DNA of 46,033 nt from Chthonomonadaceae bacterium (GTDB taxonomy: Bacteria > Armatimonadota > Chthonomonadetes > Chthonomonadales > Chthonomonadaceae). Of this stretch, positions 28,693 to 37,788 are shown piece by piece. A program made the position numbers and the translations under genes. Location of the stretch: positions 1 to 46,033 of the forward strand of contig DASRGZ010000171.1 of NCBI GenBank assembly GCA_035650735.1. Reading direction: 5' to 3'. Below the pieces are notes generated by a model, which had not been told where the DNA came from, ran no database searches, and worked only from the letters and a program-made list of their open reading frames with translations. Position 1 is the stretch's first letter; each line of letters opens with the position of its first letter.

Positions 28693-29607
28693 TCAGCGGC
28701 TGCCGTGCAAGAGCTCCTGCACGGTCTTGCGTTCGGTCGCGTCTTTAGGAGGGACAAACGCGAAGACCTTATCCGCAAGCGGCGGATTGGCCGTGACTAA
28801 CAGAACCGTATGGCGCAGGCGGCGCACGACCGGATACTGCCGCATCATGATCTTATTGCCCTGGCGCACCGGAACGTTCATTCGTATGTCCCGGTTCTGC
28901 GCCTCTATCTTCTCCAGCAGAAAAGTCCGTTTATTGATCCACCAGGTCCAGTATTCCGTTGAGGGAGGGAGCACCGCCTGACGTCCCTTTTTATCCCGAA
29001 GGGTCACTTTTTTGGTATGCGTTACGCCGGTTACAACATAGACCGGCTTGTTATTATACGTGGTACTGGCCTTGAGTTGCAGCGAACCAAGCGCATCCGG
29101 CAGCCGATTTTTGCTCAGGAAATAGAGCGGGTCCAGGCCGGCCTGAACGCCGGCGCGCGCAAAGAGGAGCGGAAGCAGCATCGCTTCCAGCGTCGGAGCG
29201 GTTGGGTAGCGGTTATACTGGCGAACTCCGGGGAGGTAGACGGTGAAGTTGGCGCCGTCGCTGACGATCAGGCGGCTTCCCGCCGGGCTGGAGAAGTTGA
29301 GCAGGAGCTTGTTGGGCCGCTTTACCTGCATCTCCACCTTCATGGCCTGCGTCTGTATTGGCCGACCGTTATAGAGATAGGAGACCTCCACGTTGGCGGA
29401 GCCCGTATAGCTCTGAAGGCTCTGGTAGGCGGCCACGCACTTCTGGAGCAGCGCGCGGGCATTCTGTGCCTTTGCCGGCGCCGCGCTCAGCGCGGCCATC
29501 CCCCCGAGGAGCAGGAGCGCACCCAGCCGCTTTCCAGAGCAGAAGAGGCCCTTGCCGTGCCAATGGCGCAATGCTCCGGGGCGAAGTACTGTTGGCGGCC
29601 TTATCAT
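28693..29607 (-). CDS. LolA-like / DUF2092 periplasmic protein
   Basis: Signal peptide; KRPNKL, IVSDG, WWINKRTFLL, F.F.PP.DA. GGAGGT RBS before ATG 29607. Confidence 0.75.
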   Translation of the reverse strand: MIRPPTVLRPGALRHWHGKGLFCSGKRLGALLLLGGMAALSAAPAKAQNARALLQKCVAAYQSLQSYTGSANVEVSYLYNGRPIQTQAMKVEMQVKRPNKLLLNFSSPAGSRLIVSDGANFTVYLPGVRQYNRYPTAPTLEAMLLPLLFARAGVQAGLDPLYFLSKNRLPDALGSLQLKASTTYNNKPVYVVTGVTHTKKVTLRDKKGRQAVLPPSTEYWTWWINKRTFLLEKIEAQNRDIRMNVPVRQGNKIMMRQYPVVRRLRHTVLLVTANPPLADKVFAFVPPKDATERKTVQELLHGSR

Positions 29608-29726
29608 CCATACCTCCGAGCCGATGACGGCATTGACAAACATAGGCTCAGTACTGCTGCAAGCTGTTTCAGTATAACAGACACATCTGCCCGCCGTCAA
29701 CCGCTATTCTCTCCGGGATACCGGGG

Positions 29727-29916
29727 TTGACCTAACCCCCCGGCCCCCTTCCCTGATGCGCTCACTGCGTTCGCAGGGAAGGGGGTGGAGCAAGGCTGTA
29801 TCTTCTCCTGCTAGCTCTGTCTTTCCCCTCACCTAAAGGGAAGAGGAGAGAAGAGCGCGTACCCACCTGGGTCACCCCCTTCCCTACAAGGGAAGGGGGA
29901 TGGGGGGTTAGGTCAA
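29727..29916. repeat. MITE/REPIN-like element with terminal inverted repeats
   Basis: TTGACCTAACCCCCC ... GGGGGGTTAGGTCAA, with internal CCCCTTCCCT/AGGGAAGGGG hairpins. Confidence 0.8.
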
Positions 29917-30068
29917 GAAGGAACAAGGATGAGAAAGGGAGAGCGGCCCGGGAACCGGGCATCCCTGCAATTTCGGTAGAAAAGAGGGGCGTGAAACTTT
30001 TGACAGCGCGCAAGCGTCCAATCGAACAGGAGAGCGCCGCCGGAATCGGGGAAGGGAGCTTCTAAGGT

Positions 30069-30443
30069 ATGTTTTTAAAAAACTGGCTGCTACGCTGGAT
30101 CGCCAGCGCTCTGGCCCTGTTTATTGTCACCAAGCTGGTGCCGGGAATCCATGCCGACAATCTGCCGACGCTGCTGCTGGTGGTGATTATCCTGGGGCTG
30201 ATCAACTCGTTCATACGCCCGATCATCATGTTCTTTGTCTGGCCGATCAACTGCCTGACGTTCGGCCTGCTGGGGTTTGTCATTAATGTGCTGCTGTTCT
30301 GGTTCGTGGGCAGCAACCTCGTGCCGGGCTACCATGTCAAGTCGCTGGGCGACGCGCTGATCGGCTCGATTCTGATGGGCCTGCTCAGCGGCTTCTTTAA
30401 CTTTATCCTCAAGGACAGGGGCGACCGGGACAATCGGCGCTGA
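30069..30443 (+). CDS. Phage-holin-family 4-TM membrane protein (YvlD/DUF360-like)
   Basis: GLINSFIRPI....WPINCLTFGL.GFVIN, ALIGSI. Confidence 0.88.
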   Translation: MFLKNWLLRWIASALALFIVTKLVPGIHADNLPTLLLVVIILGLINSFIRPIIMFFVWPINCLTFGLLGFVINVLLFWFVGSNLVPGYHVKSLGDALIGSILMGLLSGFFNFILKDRGDRDNRR

Positions 30444-30542
30444 CCGTCCTCCCAGCGTGGCAGTCGGCAAACGGGCGCGGAAACTTCGCAACATAGGAAG
30501 TCCGCGCCCGTTTGTCATACCAGGACAAGTGGAAAGAGGCGG

Positions 30543-31319
30543 CTACAGGCGAAATCGGGCCAGGATCGCCAGGAGCGGATCGCCAAAGCCAGGGAAGTGC
30601 AGATCCATCTCGACGCCAAGTCGGTCGGAGATGTCGCCCCCGATAAACACCTTGCCGCCAAAGCGCGTCACTTCGCCGATATAGGCGCCGATGCCCGCGC
30701 CGCCATAGAAGCGCACGCCGCCCACCGGCCCTGCGGTGATTCCCCGAGAGTAGAGCTCGTTAATGGTAATCGGGAACAGAGTGCTGATCCCGCCGAAGTT
30801 GAAGGAGGCGATGGCCTCCGCGTCCAGGCGCGTATGCCAGTACTGTCCGATGCTCACGGAGGCGGGAAGCATATAGTCAACGCCGCCGGTGAACTTGGTG
30901 CGCGGTGAGACGACAGCGCCCAACCGTATGCTCAACGGGAAGATGGATGGCGGCACAACCTGACCGCCGCCTCCGCCGCCTCCCGCAGCAGCAGAGCGTG
31001 TGAGGGCGTTCAGGGCCAGCTTCTGGGACAGAACCGCCTCCTGAATGGTAGGAGCGGTTCCGCGCAGAATATCCGGAGTGGAGGCCACGCGCGTTGCCTC
31101 CTCCGGGCGCACGGCCTTATGCCAGCGGGCCGGCGCGATTATTCTCGCCATATCGGTCGCCGGCGTGGAAGGGAGAATCGTCGCGGCCTGGTCTGCGCGG
31201 GCCGGAGCGGAGAGGCCCGCCGCGATCAGGGCCAGCAGGCCCAGCGTAAAAGCTCCAAGAAACGTAGATCGGGCGCTTGCATTTCGGACGGCCGCGGCGA
31301 GGCGATACGTCATCAGCAT
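30543..31319 (-). CDS. Hypothetical exported protein with a beta-barrel-like C-terminus
   Basis: Signal peptide ending ARA, Gly linker, amphipathic strands (FYGGAGIG), C-terminal ARFRL. AGGAGG RBS. Confidence 0.65.
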   Translation of the reverse strand: MLMTYRLAAAVRNASARSTFLGAFTLGLLALIAAGLSAPARADQAATILPSTPATDMARIIAPARWHKAVRPEEATRVASTPDILRGTAPTIQEAVLSQKLALNALTRSAAAGGGGGGGQVVPPSIFPLSIRLGAVVSPRTKFTGGVDYMLPASVSIGQYWHTRLDAEAIASFNFGGISTLFPITINELYSRGITAGPVGGVRFYGGAGIGAYIGEVTRFGGKVFIGGDISDRLGVEMDLHFPGFGDPLLAILARFRL

Positions 31320-31550
31320 GATTTTTCCTCCTGTGTGGTAAGGTTGGCGCAAACTATCCGGAATCTACAGCTCGCTCTCTATGGCAAGCACGGAAGGCTT
31401 ACGCGCTCTGTCCGATGCCGTGCGCGCCAGGGGAAGGACAGGCTCAGGCGCCAGGCGCTTCCCTGCGCGTCAAGGGCCTTTTTGTGACCCTCCGCTTCAC
31501 AGGGAAACGCGCAAACGGCGAAGGTAAGTTTCTCCTTGCCTGCCGCGCGC

Positions 31551-33413
31551 TCAGGCCGGGACAACATAAAAAGCGGTTAACAACAGAAACTTGGCGGTGT
31601 AGTCGTTGGCCGGTTCGTTGGTTACGTAGTCCTGCACCGCATCATGATAGACGCCCACCTCGCCGGGTATCTCCTCGGCGACGGGTGGGCCGGGATTCTG
31701 GGTATCGAAGTCCGCGGCAGCCAGCGCGATATTCTCGTCCTGGACGCTGCGGTAGTCGGCCGGGCCGCCCACGAGCGCACCGGAAAGCTCGACGTTCCGG
31801 ATATTGGCGATCTGGTGGTGCGGAAACAGCGGGTAGCGCGTTCCCGCTCCGATGAGGCAGCAGAGGCCGAACGGATTGCAGCCCAGCACGAAATCGCGCT
31901 GCCATCGGGCCACATCCAGATAGCCTTTTTCGCGCGAGAGTATCGCGTAGAGCAGGCAGGTCAGCGCCGCGCCGGTGGCCGCCTCCGCCGTTCCCCAGAG
32001 GTAGGGCGTGCCGAGTCCATAGGGATTGGCGGCCTGGCGGCGGATCATCTCGGCGTCCGCGCGCAGATATTCCAACAGGCGGTCGCGAAGTTTGTCCGAC
32101 GCATGGGGGTATAGGGTGTAGTGCGCCAGGGCGTGCGTGTTATAGACGCTGGTGACGGCGTGGGCGCTCTGGGCCTGACGGGCAAACTCCAGCGCCTGCT
32201 CCAGGTAACCTTTGCGGCCTGTCGCCTCATAGAGGCTGATGGCGCCCCACTCCATATCGTCGGCCCAGGTCTGTTCAGGGTAGAAGCTATAAGGCGTGGT
32301 GGAGAGCACCTCCCGATGTTGCAGGCCCAGGCGATAGGCTGTCTGCCCGGCTTTGAGGCAGCGCAGGGCAAAGCGCGGATCGTAGGGCGCATAGAGTCGC
32401 GAGGCCATCGCCAACGCTGCGGCGGTGCGGCCCGCCAGGTTCGCGCCCACGCCATAGTAGACCCGGCGCGGCTTCCAGTCCTTGTTGGCGATCAGGTTAT
32501 CCTCTTCCGGCAGCCGCCAGGACTCGTGATCGCTCTCATCGCCGACCTGGTAGTAAAACTCGTCGGGCGTCGGGTGCATCTTCAAGAGCCACTCCAGCCC
32601 GACTCGCGCCTGATCCAGCAGTTGCGGCAGCCTGCCGCGCGGCGTCTTCTGCGGAAAGGCCCGCTCAAAATGCAGGTGTGTGAATAGCAGGAGCGCGGTG
32701 ACGAAGCTGGTGGTCTCGACGAATTTCAGATAATCGCCCGCGTCGTGCCAGCCTCCGGAGGTATCCATCGGCAGGCCGTTGCGCGGGCCGCCGTAGGCAA
32801 TGCCGTCGTCGAGATGACAGGCGCCGCGCAGCGCCGAGCGCGGCAGGCCGCAGGCCTGGACATCAAAATACTGGATCATCAGGGGCGCCAGGCGGGAATA
32901 GATACCTTTGGCGAGAGTGAAGGGCGTGGAGAGCTTGCCGTCCGAGAGGCGGACGCGATAGCGTCCGGGACGGTCGAAGGCGCTAAAGTCGGCGATGAAG
33001 TGCCGGCCAAACCGGTCATAGCGACCCGGAGTTTCGGATTCCACCAGCGGGCCCTGGTAGCGGATCTGGGGCGTCACATCGTCGTCAATGATGGCGAACG
33101 CATTGCCGGGAATAGGGCCTTCGGCGGGAATGACGGCGCGCTTGGCCTCTCCCGGCAGGTAGCCGACCTGGTTGACATGGACGTGGGCATCCACATGCTG
33201 GAGCACCGGAGGCGACGTGACAACGGCAGGAGGGCGCACGGGCAAGCTGCCGGCGGAAGCGTCCTGGGCCGGGTTTTGCAGAGCGCCGAGGGTCTGTGCG
33301 CCCGCCGAGGCGCTTACTTGAGACGCCAAGCCGACTCCCATGCCGGCCATGATCCCCTGCAAGAAGCCTCGCCTTGAAATCTGCGTATGCCGTTTGTCTG
33401 CTCTCATATCCAA
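31551..33413 (-). CDS. Tat-exported glycoside hydrolase family 9 with CelD-type Ig domain
   Basis: SRRGFL Tat motif, VNQVGYLP, GGWHDAGDY, YYQVGD, PHH, YHD..DY.TNE. Confidence 0.93.
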   Translation of the reverse strand: MDMRADKRHTQISRRGFLQGIMAGMGVGLASQVSASAGAQTLGALQNPAQDASAGSLPVRPPAVVTSPPVLQHVDAHVHVNQVGYLPGEAKRAVIPAEGPIPGNAFAIIDDDVTPQIRYQGPLVESETPGRYDRFGRHFIADFSAFDRPGRYRVRLSDGKLSTPFTLAKGIYSRLAPLMIQYFDVQACGLPRSALRGACHLDDGIAYGGPRNGLPMDTSGGWHDAGDYLKFVETTSFVTALLLFTHLHFERAFPQKTPRGRLPQLLDQARVGLEWLLKMHPTPDEFYYQVGDESDHESWRLPEEDNLIANKDWKPRRVYYGVGANLAGRTAAALAMASRLYAPYDPRFALRCLKAGQTAYRLGLQHREVLSTTPYSFYPEQTWADDMEWGAISLYEATGRKGYLEQALEFARQAQSAHAVTSVYNTHALAHYTLYPHASDKLRDRLLEYLRADAEMIRRQAANPYGLGTPYLWGTAEAATGAALTCLLYAILSREKGYLDVARWQRDFVLGCNPFGLCCLIGAGTRYPLFPHHQIANIRNVELSGALVGGPADYRSVQDENIALAAADFDTQNPGPPVAEEIPGEVGVYHDAVQDYVTNEPANDYTAKFLLLTAFYVVPA

Positions 33414-33485
33414 AACGCCTGCCCGGCAACTTATTCACTGACAGGACGAACCAGACCCTATGAGAGTTCCGGCGAATAATTTCCC

Positions 33486-33581
33486 CTTCGTCGAAGAACA
33501 TGCTAACAGCTTTATATTGACTGCCCGACTTACGGCCACCTCGGTAAAAAACTTCGTCGAAGAACATACTAACAGCTTTAT
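33486..33581. repeat. Two 30-bp direct repeats 36 bp apart
   Basis: CTTCGTCGAAGAACAT(G/A)CTAACAGCTTTAT at 33486-33515 and 33552-33581. Confidence 0.9.
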
Positions 33582-33720
33582 TCCAGGTCGTCCTGGAGGT
33601 TTTCGGAGCCCTGGACTGCCTTGCTAAGAGGCAATGTAAGCTACACAAAGGTGTCGCAAGACGCCTGTGCGGGAATAAAAAATAGGCGCTCAGCCAGTTA
33701 ACGGAAAGTTGGTTTTCAAC

Positions 33721-33749
33721 TTGCGGACGCCCCGCAGATTTGCTATAAT
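33721..33749 (+). promoter_or_regulatory. dnaA promoter
   Basis: TTGCGG-17 bp-TATAAT with extended TG; a TTTTCAAC box-like site abuts the -35. Confidence 0.65.
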
Positions 33750-33890
33750 CAGCGCGTGCCAGATGCGCGCGGCCCGCACCGGAGCCAGGGGCACACCCCC
33801 CGATAAAGCGGACCGCACCCACGAGCCAAGCGATGAGAAGCCGCAATCCGGTCCCTGCCGGGCGAGCGGACGAGGGGTGGGAGGCTGAGC

Positions 33891-35450
33891 GTGAGCGGAC
33901 AACTCGAATTTGGTGAGGAGGATCGGTCCGCCACGCTGCGCCGCGCCTGGGAGCTCTCCCTTCATCTGCTCGCCAGCAAAGTCAGCAAAGTCACCTTTGA
34001 AAGCTACGTTCGCCCCATACAGCCTCTCTCCTACGTCGGCAGTCGCGTCACCCTGGGCGTAGCCAGCCCATTTGCGCGCGAGTGGCTAGAGAAGACGGCC
34101 GCCAACGCCATCCGCAGCGCGCTGGAGTTTCACCTGGACACCCAGAACCTGGAGGTCCAGTTTGTGGTGCTGCCCCGCGAGTCCCAACGCTCTCCGGAGG
34201 GCGGCGCGAGCGCCAAAAAGACGGACGGCCAGCGCGCCGCCCGGTCCGCGCAGCCGGCCCTGCCGCTCGACGCGGAGGCGGAAGCCATTGAGACGACCGC
34301 CGACGCGGTTGTCTCCGAGCCGGTGGCCGCTGCCGTCAGCGCCTCCCCGGTTCCCACCGCGCGTCCTTCGGGCCGCAGGTCGGAAGCGCGCCGCAGCCAG
34401 GGCGTCGGCCCGATTCCCTCCCTGGCGCTCAACGACCGCTACGTTTTCGGCAATTTTGTCGTGGGGCGCTCGAACCGGTTGGCGCACGCGGGCGCGATGG
34501 CCGTCGCCTCCCGGCCTGGCTCCGTCTATAATCCCCTGTTCCTCTACGGCGGGCCGGGACTGGGCAAGACGCACCTGCTGCAAGGCATCGCCCACGCGCT
34601 GCGCCAGAGCCATCCCCACCTGCGCGTCGCCTACGTCTCCGGCGAGTACTTTGCCCAACACTACATCGCCTCCCTGCGCGAGCACGCCACCGAAGACTTT
34701 CGCCGCAGCTATCGGGAAGTGGATGTCTGGCTGGTGGACGACATTCAGTTCATCGCGGGCAAGGAGCACACCAAGGAGGAGTTCTTCTACACCTTTAACT
34801 CGCTCTACCAGAGCAACAAGCAGATCGTCATCGCCAGCGACCGCAGCCCGCGCGAGCTGAATACGATGGACGAGCGGCTGCGCTCCCGTTTTCAGAGCGG
34901 CCTGATCGCCGACATCGGCGCCCCGGAGCTGGAGACGCGCATCGCCATCCTGGAGCGGTGCCGGCAACGCGAGAACGCTGCGGTGCCCGACGACGTACTG
35001 ATCTATATTGCCAGCGCGATCCAATCCAACATCCGGGCGCTGGAGGGTGCGCTGACCAAGTTGCTTGCCTACTCCTCTATTATGCAGGCGCCGGTCAGCC
35101 CGGAACTGGCGCAGAGCGTGCTGGGCGAGTACTTCATCGAGAAGCCGATTCGCACCCGCAAGGTGACCATAGAGGAGGTAGTCGCGGAGGTTGCCAAGCG
35201 ATTCGGGGTGACTCCGGAGGCCATCAAAGGCCCCAGCCGCAATAAGGATATCTCATTAGCCCGCCAGGTCGCTATCTATGTCTGCCGAGACCTGCTGCCG
35301 GAGATCAATACAACAGTGATGGGGGCGGCGTTCGGAGGCCGGGATCATGCCACCATCGTCTACGCCTGTCAGAAGTTAAAGCTGCTGCTGGACGCCGATT
35401 CGGAATTACAAAACATGGTGAACAGTTTGATCAAGAGCCTGAGTCATTGA
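33891..35450 (+). CDS. dnaA: Chromosomal replication initiator DnaA
   Basis: Y.F.NFVVG.SN, YNPLFLYGGPGLGKTHL, DDIQF, RLRSRF..GL, SNIRALEGAL, FGGRDH. GTG start. Confidence 0.98.
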   Translation: MSGQLEFGEEDRSATLRRAWELSLHLLASKVSKVTFESYVRPIQPLSYVGSRVTLGVASPFAREWLEKTAANAIRSALEFHLDTQNLEVQFVVLPRESQRSPEGGASAKKTDGQRAARSAQPALPLDAEAEAIETTADAVVSEPVAAAVSASPVPTARPSGRRSEARRSQGVGPIPSLALNDRYVFGNFVVGRSNRLAHAGAMAVASRPGSVYNPLFLYGGPGLGKTHLLQGIAHALRQSHPHLRVAYVSGEYFAQHYIASLREHATEDFRRSYREVDVWLVDDIQFIAGKEHTKEEFFYTFNSLYQSNKQIVIASDRSPRELNTMDERLRSRFQSGLIADIGAPELETRIAILERCRQRENAAVPDDVLIYIASAIQSNIRALEGALTKLLAYSSIMQAPVSPELAQSVLGEYFIEKPIRTRKVTIEEVVAEVAKRFGVTPEAIKGPSRNKDISLARQVAIYVCRDLLPEINTTVMGAAFGGRDHATIVYACQKLKLLLDADSELQNMVNSLIKSLSH

Positions 35451-35465
35451 CTCCCATGCCCCAGA

Positions 35466-35637
35466 CGGGCCATGAATGACCCGTCTGTAGGGCCTGCGGC
35501 CAAGCGACTGCAAGGGACGGCGCTACCACTGCTAGGGTCGGAACTACGCACGCTCGACTGCCAGGGACGCCGCTCAACGGTTCGCGGCTCTGCCTGGCGA
35601 CACTCGCCCCTCTGCCTTGCGACTGGCGGACGGAACC
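35466..35637 (+). mobile_element. Host repeat containing nested ~45-bp units
   Basis: Left ends at 35507, 35528 and 35557; right ends at 35600 (CCTGGCGA) and 35622 (CCTTGCGA). Confidence 0.75.
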
Positions 35638-35689
35638 ATGACTCGCCAAGAGGGCGCCTGCGCAATGGATTCATTGAGTGCGGGCCGAT

Positions 35690-36135
35690 TCATTGTTGAA
35701 AACTAGAGTCCTAGTAGCGCTAAGTTGGGCGTGAATCGGGCGCAAGAATCGGAGGCAAACCTGCACAAAAGAAGGGGTTATTGAAAACTAAGGGGATAGT
35801 TTTGAGTCCTGGACTCAAAACTAAGGGCATAGTTTTTAACAATGCGACTCAAAACTCGCTGTCAACAGTCATACAACGGTTCGATTGTTGAAAACCGGGC
35901 AGTTTTCAACAGAGTTTTCAACAAAGCTAACAGCCCTTTGTTAAAAACTACTCCTATAGTAACAGGGACAGACGTAGACTCAAGTGCGTTATCAGTAAAC
36001 GTAAGAGTCTGCTTGAATCGCGTAATAACTTGATTCAACAGTAAAGTCAATACGATTCAACAACCTACTAAGGGCTTAGTTTTGAGTCTTTTCAACAGGA
36101 TAATAATAACCAGAGTCTGATTCTATATAAAAGGC
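35690..36135. other. Probable replication origin oriC with non-canonical TTTTCAACA boxes
   Basis: AT-rich, gene-free region downstream of dnaA. TTTTCAACA on either strand at 35694, 35886, 35903, 35915 and 36089, plus near matches. ATAATAATA and TATATAAAA follow the last box. Confidence 0.8.
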
Positions 36136-36384
36136 TGTGGTAGATTCAAAGACTGTGGAAGGCTGTTTTGGTCGTCAGGAGTCGCCCTTCAGTTGAAGAA
36201 TCCCATTTTAGCCTGCGAACAGGAAAGACAAGAAAGAATCGGCGCGCTTTTTTGCTCGGAGCTTTCCCGAACAGGCGGCCAGGCCGGAGTAAGGACGTCA
36301 GGACTGTTGTCAATGTTCCCTGGAATAGCAACCGATAGAAAAGCCAATCTTCAGGAACGGACAGGAACGGAGCGGTAAAGCTTT

Positions 36385-37788
36385 ATGCGGATACGCCAGT
36401 TGAAACTGACCAACTTTCGAAATTATCGGGAGTTGGAGCTCGTTCCTGGAGAGGGATTGAATCTATTGCATGGCGCCAACGCGCAGGGCAAAAGCAACAT
36501 CCTGGAAGCTCTATCGCTGTTGGCGACCACGCGTTCCCTGCGCGCCAATCGCGAGTCGGAGATGATTCGCCACGGGGCCGAGGTGGCTCACGTCGCCGCC
36601 GAAATAGACCGCGAGCGCAAGGGTGACGTGGATTTGCAGGTCTCCATCTTTCAAAGCGACAAGAAGACGGTGCGCATCAACAGCCTGAAGCGGGCGCGCG
36701 TGATCGAGCTGCTGGGACAGTTCAACGCGGTCTATTTCGGGTCTATCAGCCTGGCTATCGTCACCGGCGAGCCTTCCGAGCGCCGGCGCTACCTGAATGT
36801 AGAAATCTCACAAATCAGCCCGCGCTACGTCTACGACCTGGAGCACTACAAGCGCGTCCTGGAGCAGCGCAACCGGCTGCTGCGCGACCTGCGGGAGCGG
36901 CCCCGCCCGCCGCAGGAGAGCGGCTTGGACGCCTGGAATGAGCAGCTTGTCATCCACGGCGCACCGCTGATGGAGAAGCGGCGCTTCTATATCGAGCGCC
37001 TGGCACCGCTAGCCGACCAGATCCACCGCGAATTGACGGATGGGCGCGAGGGGCTGGAGGTGCATTACCTGCCCAACATTCCCCTGCCGATGGAGGCGCC
37101 GCTGCGTCCGCGCCGGCCTTTCGGGGCCTCGGTGGTGCGAGAAACGCCGCCGGAAGAGGGCTATGCGCCGGCGGGGGCGGAGGGCGGCGCGGAGTCGCCG
37201 GCGGACTCGGCGGCGGTGGCCGTGCTGCCGGAAGCCCCGGAATCGCCCCTCAGCGCCACGGAGGCGATGGCACTGGCCTTTCGCCGACAGTTGAGCCTGG
37301 TGGCCGAGGATGAGCTGCGCCGGGGCGTGACCCTGGTCGGTCCGCAGCGCGACGATCTCAGCTTCCGCATTAACGGCATGGACGCCCGAATCTATGGCTC
37401 GCAGGGGCAGCAGCGCACGGTGGCGCTCTCCCTGAAGCTGGCCGAGTTCCGCCTGATTGAAGAGTACGTCGGCGAGCCGCCGGTGATGCTGCTCGACGAC
37501 GTGATGAGCGACCTGGACGATACGCGCCGCGCCCATCTGCTGGCCTGGATACGCCGGCGCTGCCAGACATTCCTGACCTGCACCAACCTGCGCTCGTTTC
37601 CGAGCGAGATCCTGGCGGAAGCCACGACCTTTAAGGTGGTCGCCGGAACCGTAACTCCCGATGGCAACAGAGAGACCAGAACCACAACGCCCGCAGTCTC
37701 CACGGAGCCGACCCAGGAGCCGCAGCCAGGCGGAGGCGAATCCTTCCCCGGCAGCGCCGGAGGCCCAGACGAATCCCCCGCGCCGTGA
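36385..37788 (+). CDS. recF: DNA replication/repair protein RecF
   Basis: FRNY, GANAQGKSN, G.P..RRRY, QRN.LL, GPQRDD, GSQGQQR, LLDDVMSDLD. Confidence 0.96.
   Translation: MRIRQLKLTNFRNYRELELVPGEGLNLLHGANAQGKSNILEALSLLATTRSLRANRESEMIRHGAEVAHVAAEIDRERKGDVDLQVSIFQSDKKTVRINSLKRARVIELLGQFNAVYFGSISLAIVTGEPSERRRYLNVEISQISPRYVYDLEHYKRVLEQRNRLLRDLRERPRPPQESGLDAWNEQLVIHGAPLMEKRRFYIERLAPLADQIHRELTDGREGLEVHYLPNIPLPMEAPLRPRRPFGASVVRETPPEEGYAPAGAEGGAESPADSAAVAVLPEAPESPLSATEAMALAFRRQLSLVAEDELRRGVTLVGPQRDDLSFRINGMDARIYGSQGQQRTVALSLKLAEFRLIEEYVGEPPVMLLDDVMSDLDDTRRAHLLAWIRRRCQTFLTCTNLRSFPSEILAEATTFKVVAGTVTPDGNRETRTTTPAVSTEPTQEPQPGGGESFPGSAGGPDESPAP

Noticed and set aside
30069..30443. Prophage suggested by the holin-family gene
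   Set aside because: This 4-TM family is commonly chromosomal, and no phage genes are nearby.
33486..33581. Bona fide CRISPR array
   Set aside because: Two repeats only, no cas genes in the window and no recognisable CRISPR repeat terminus.
35842..36378. Short ORFs in the dnaA-recF gap
   Set aside because: No RBS or family resemblance; the region is better explained as the origin.
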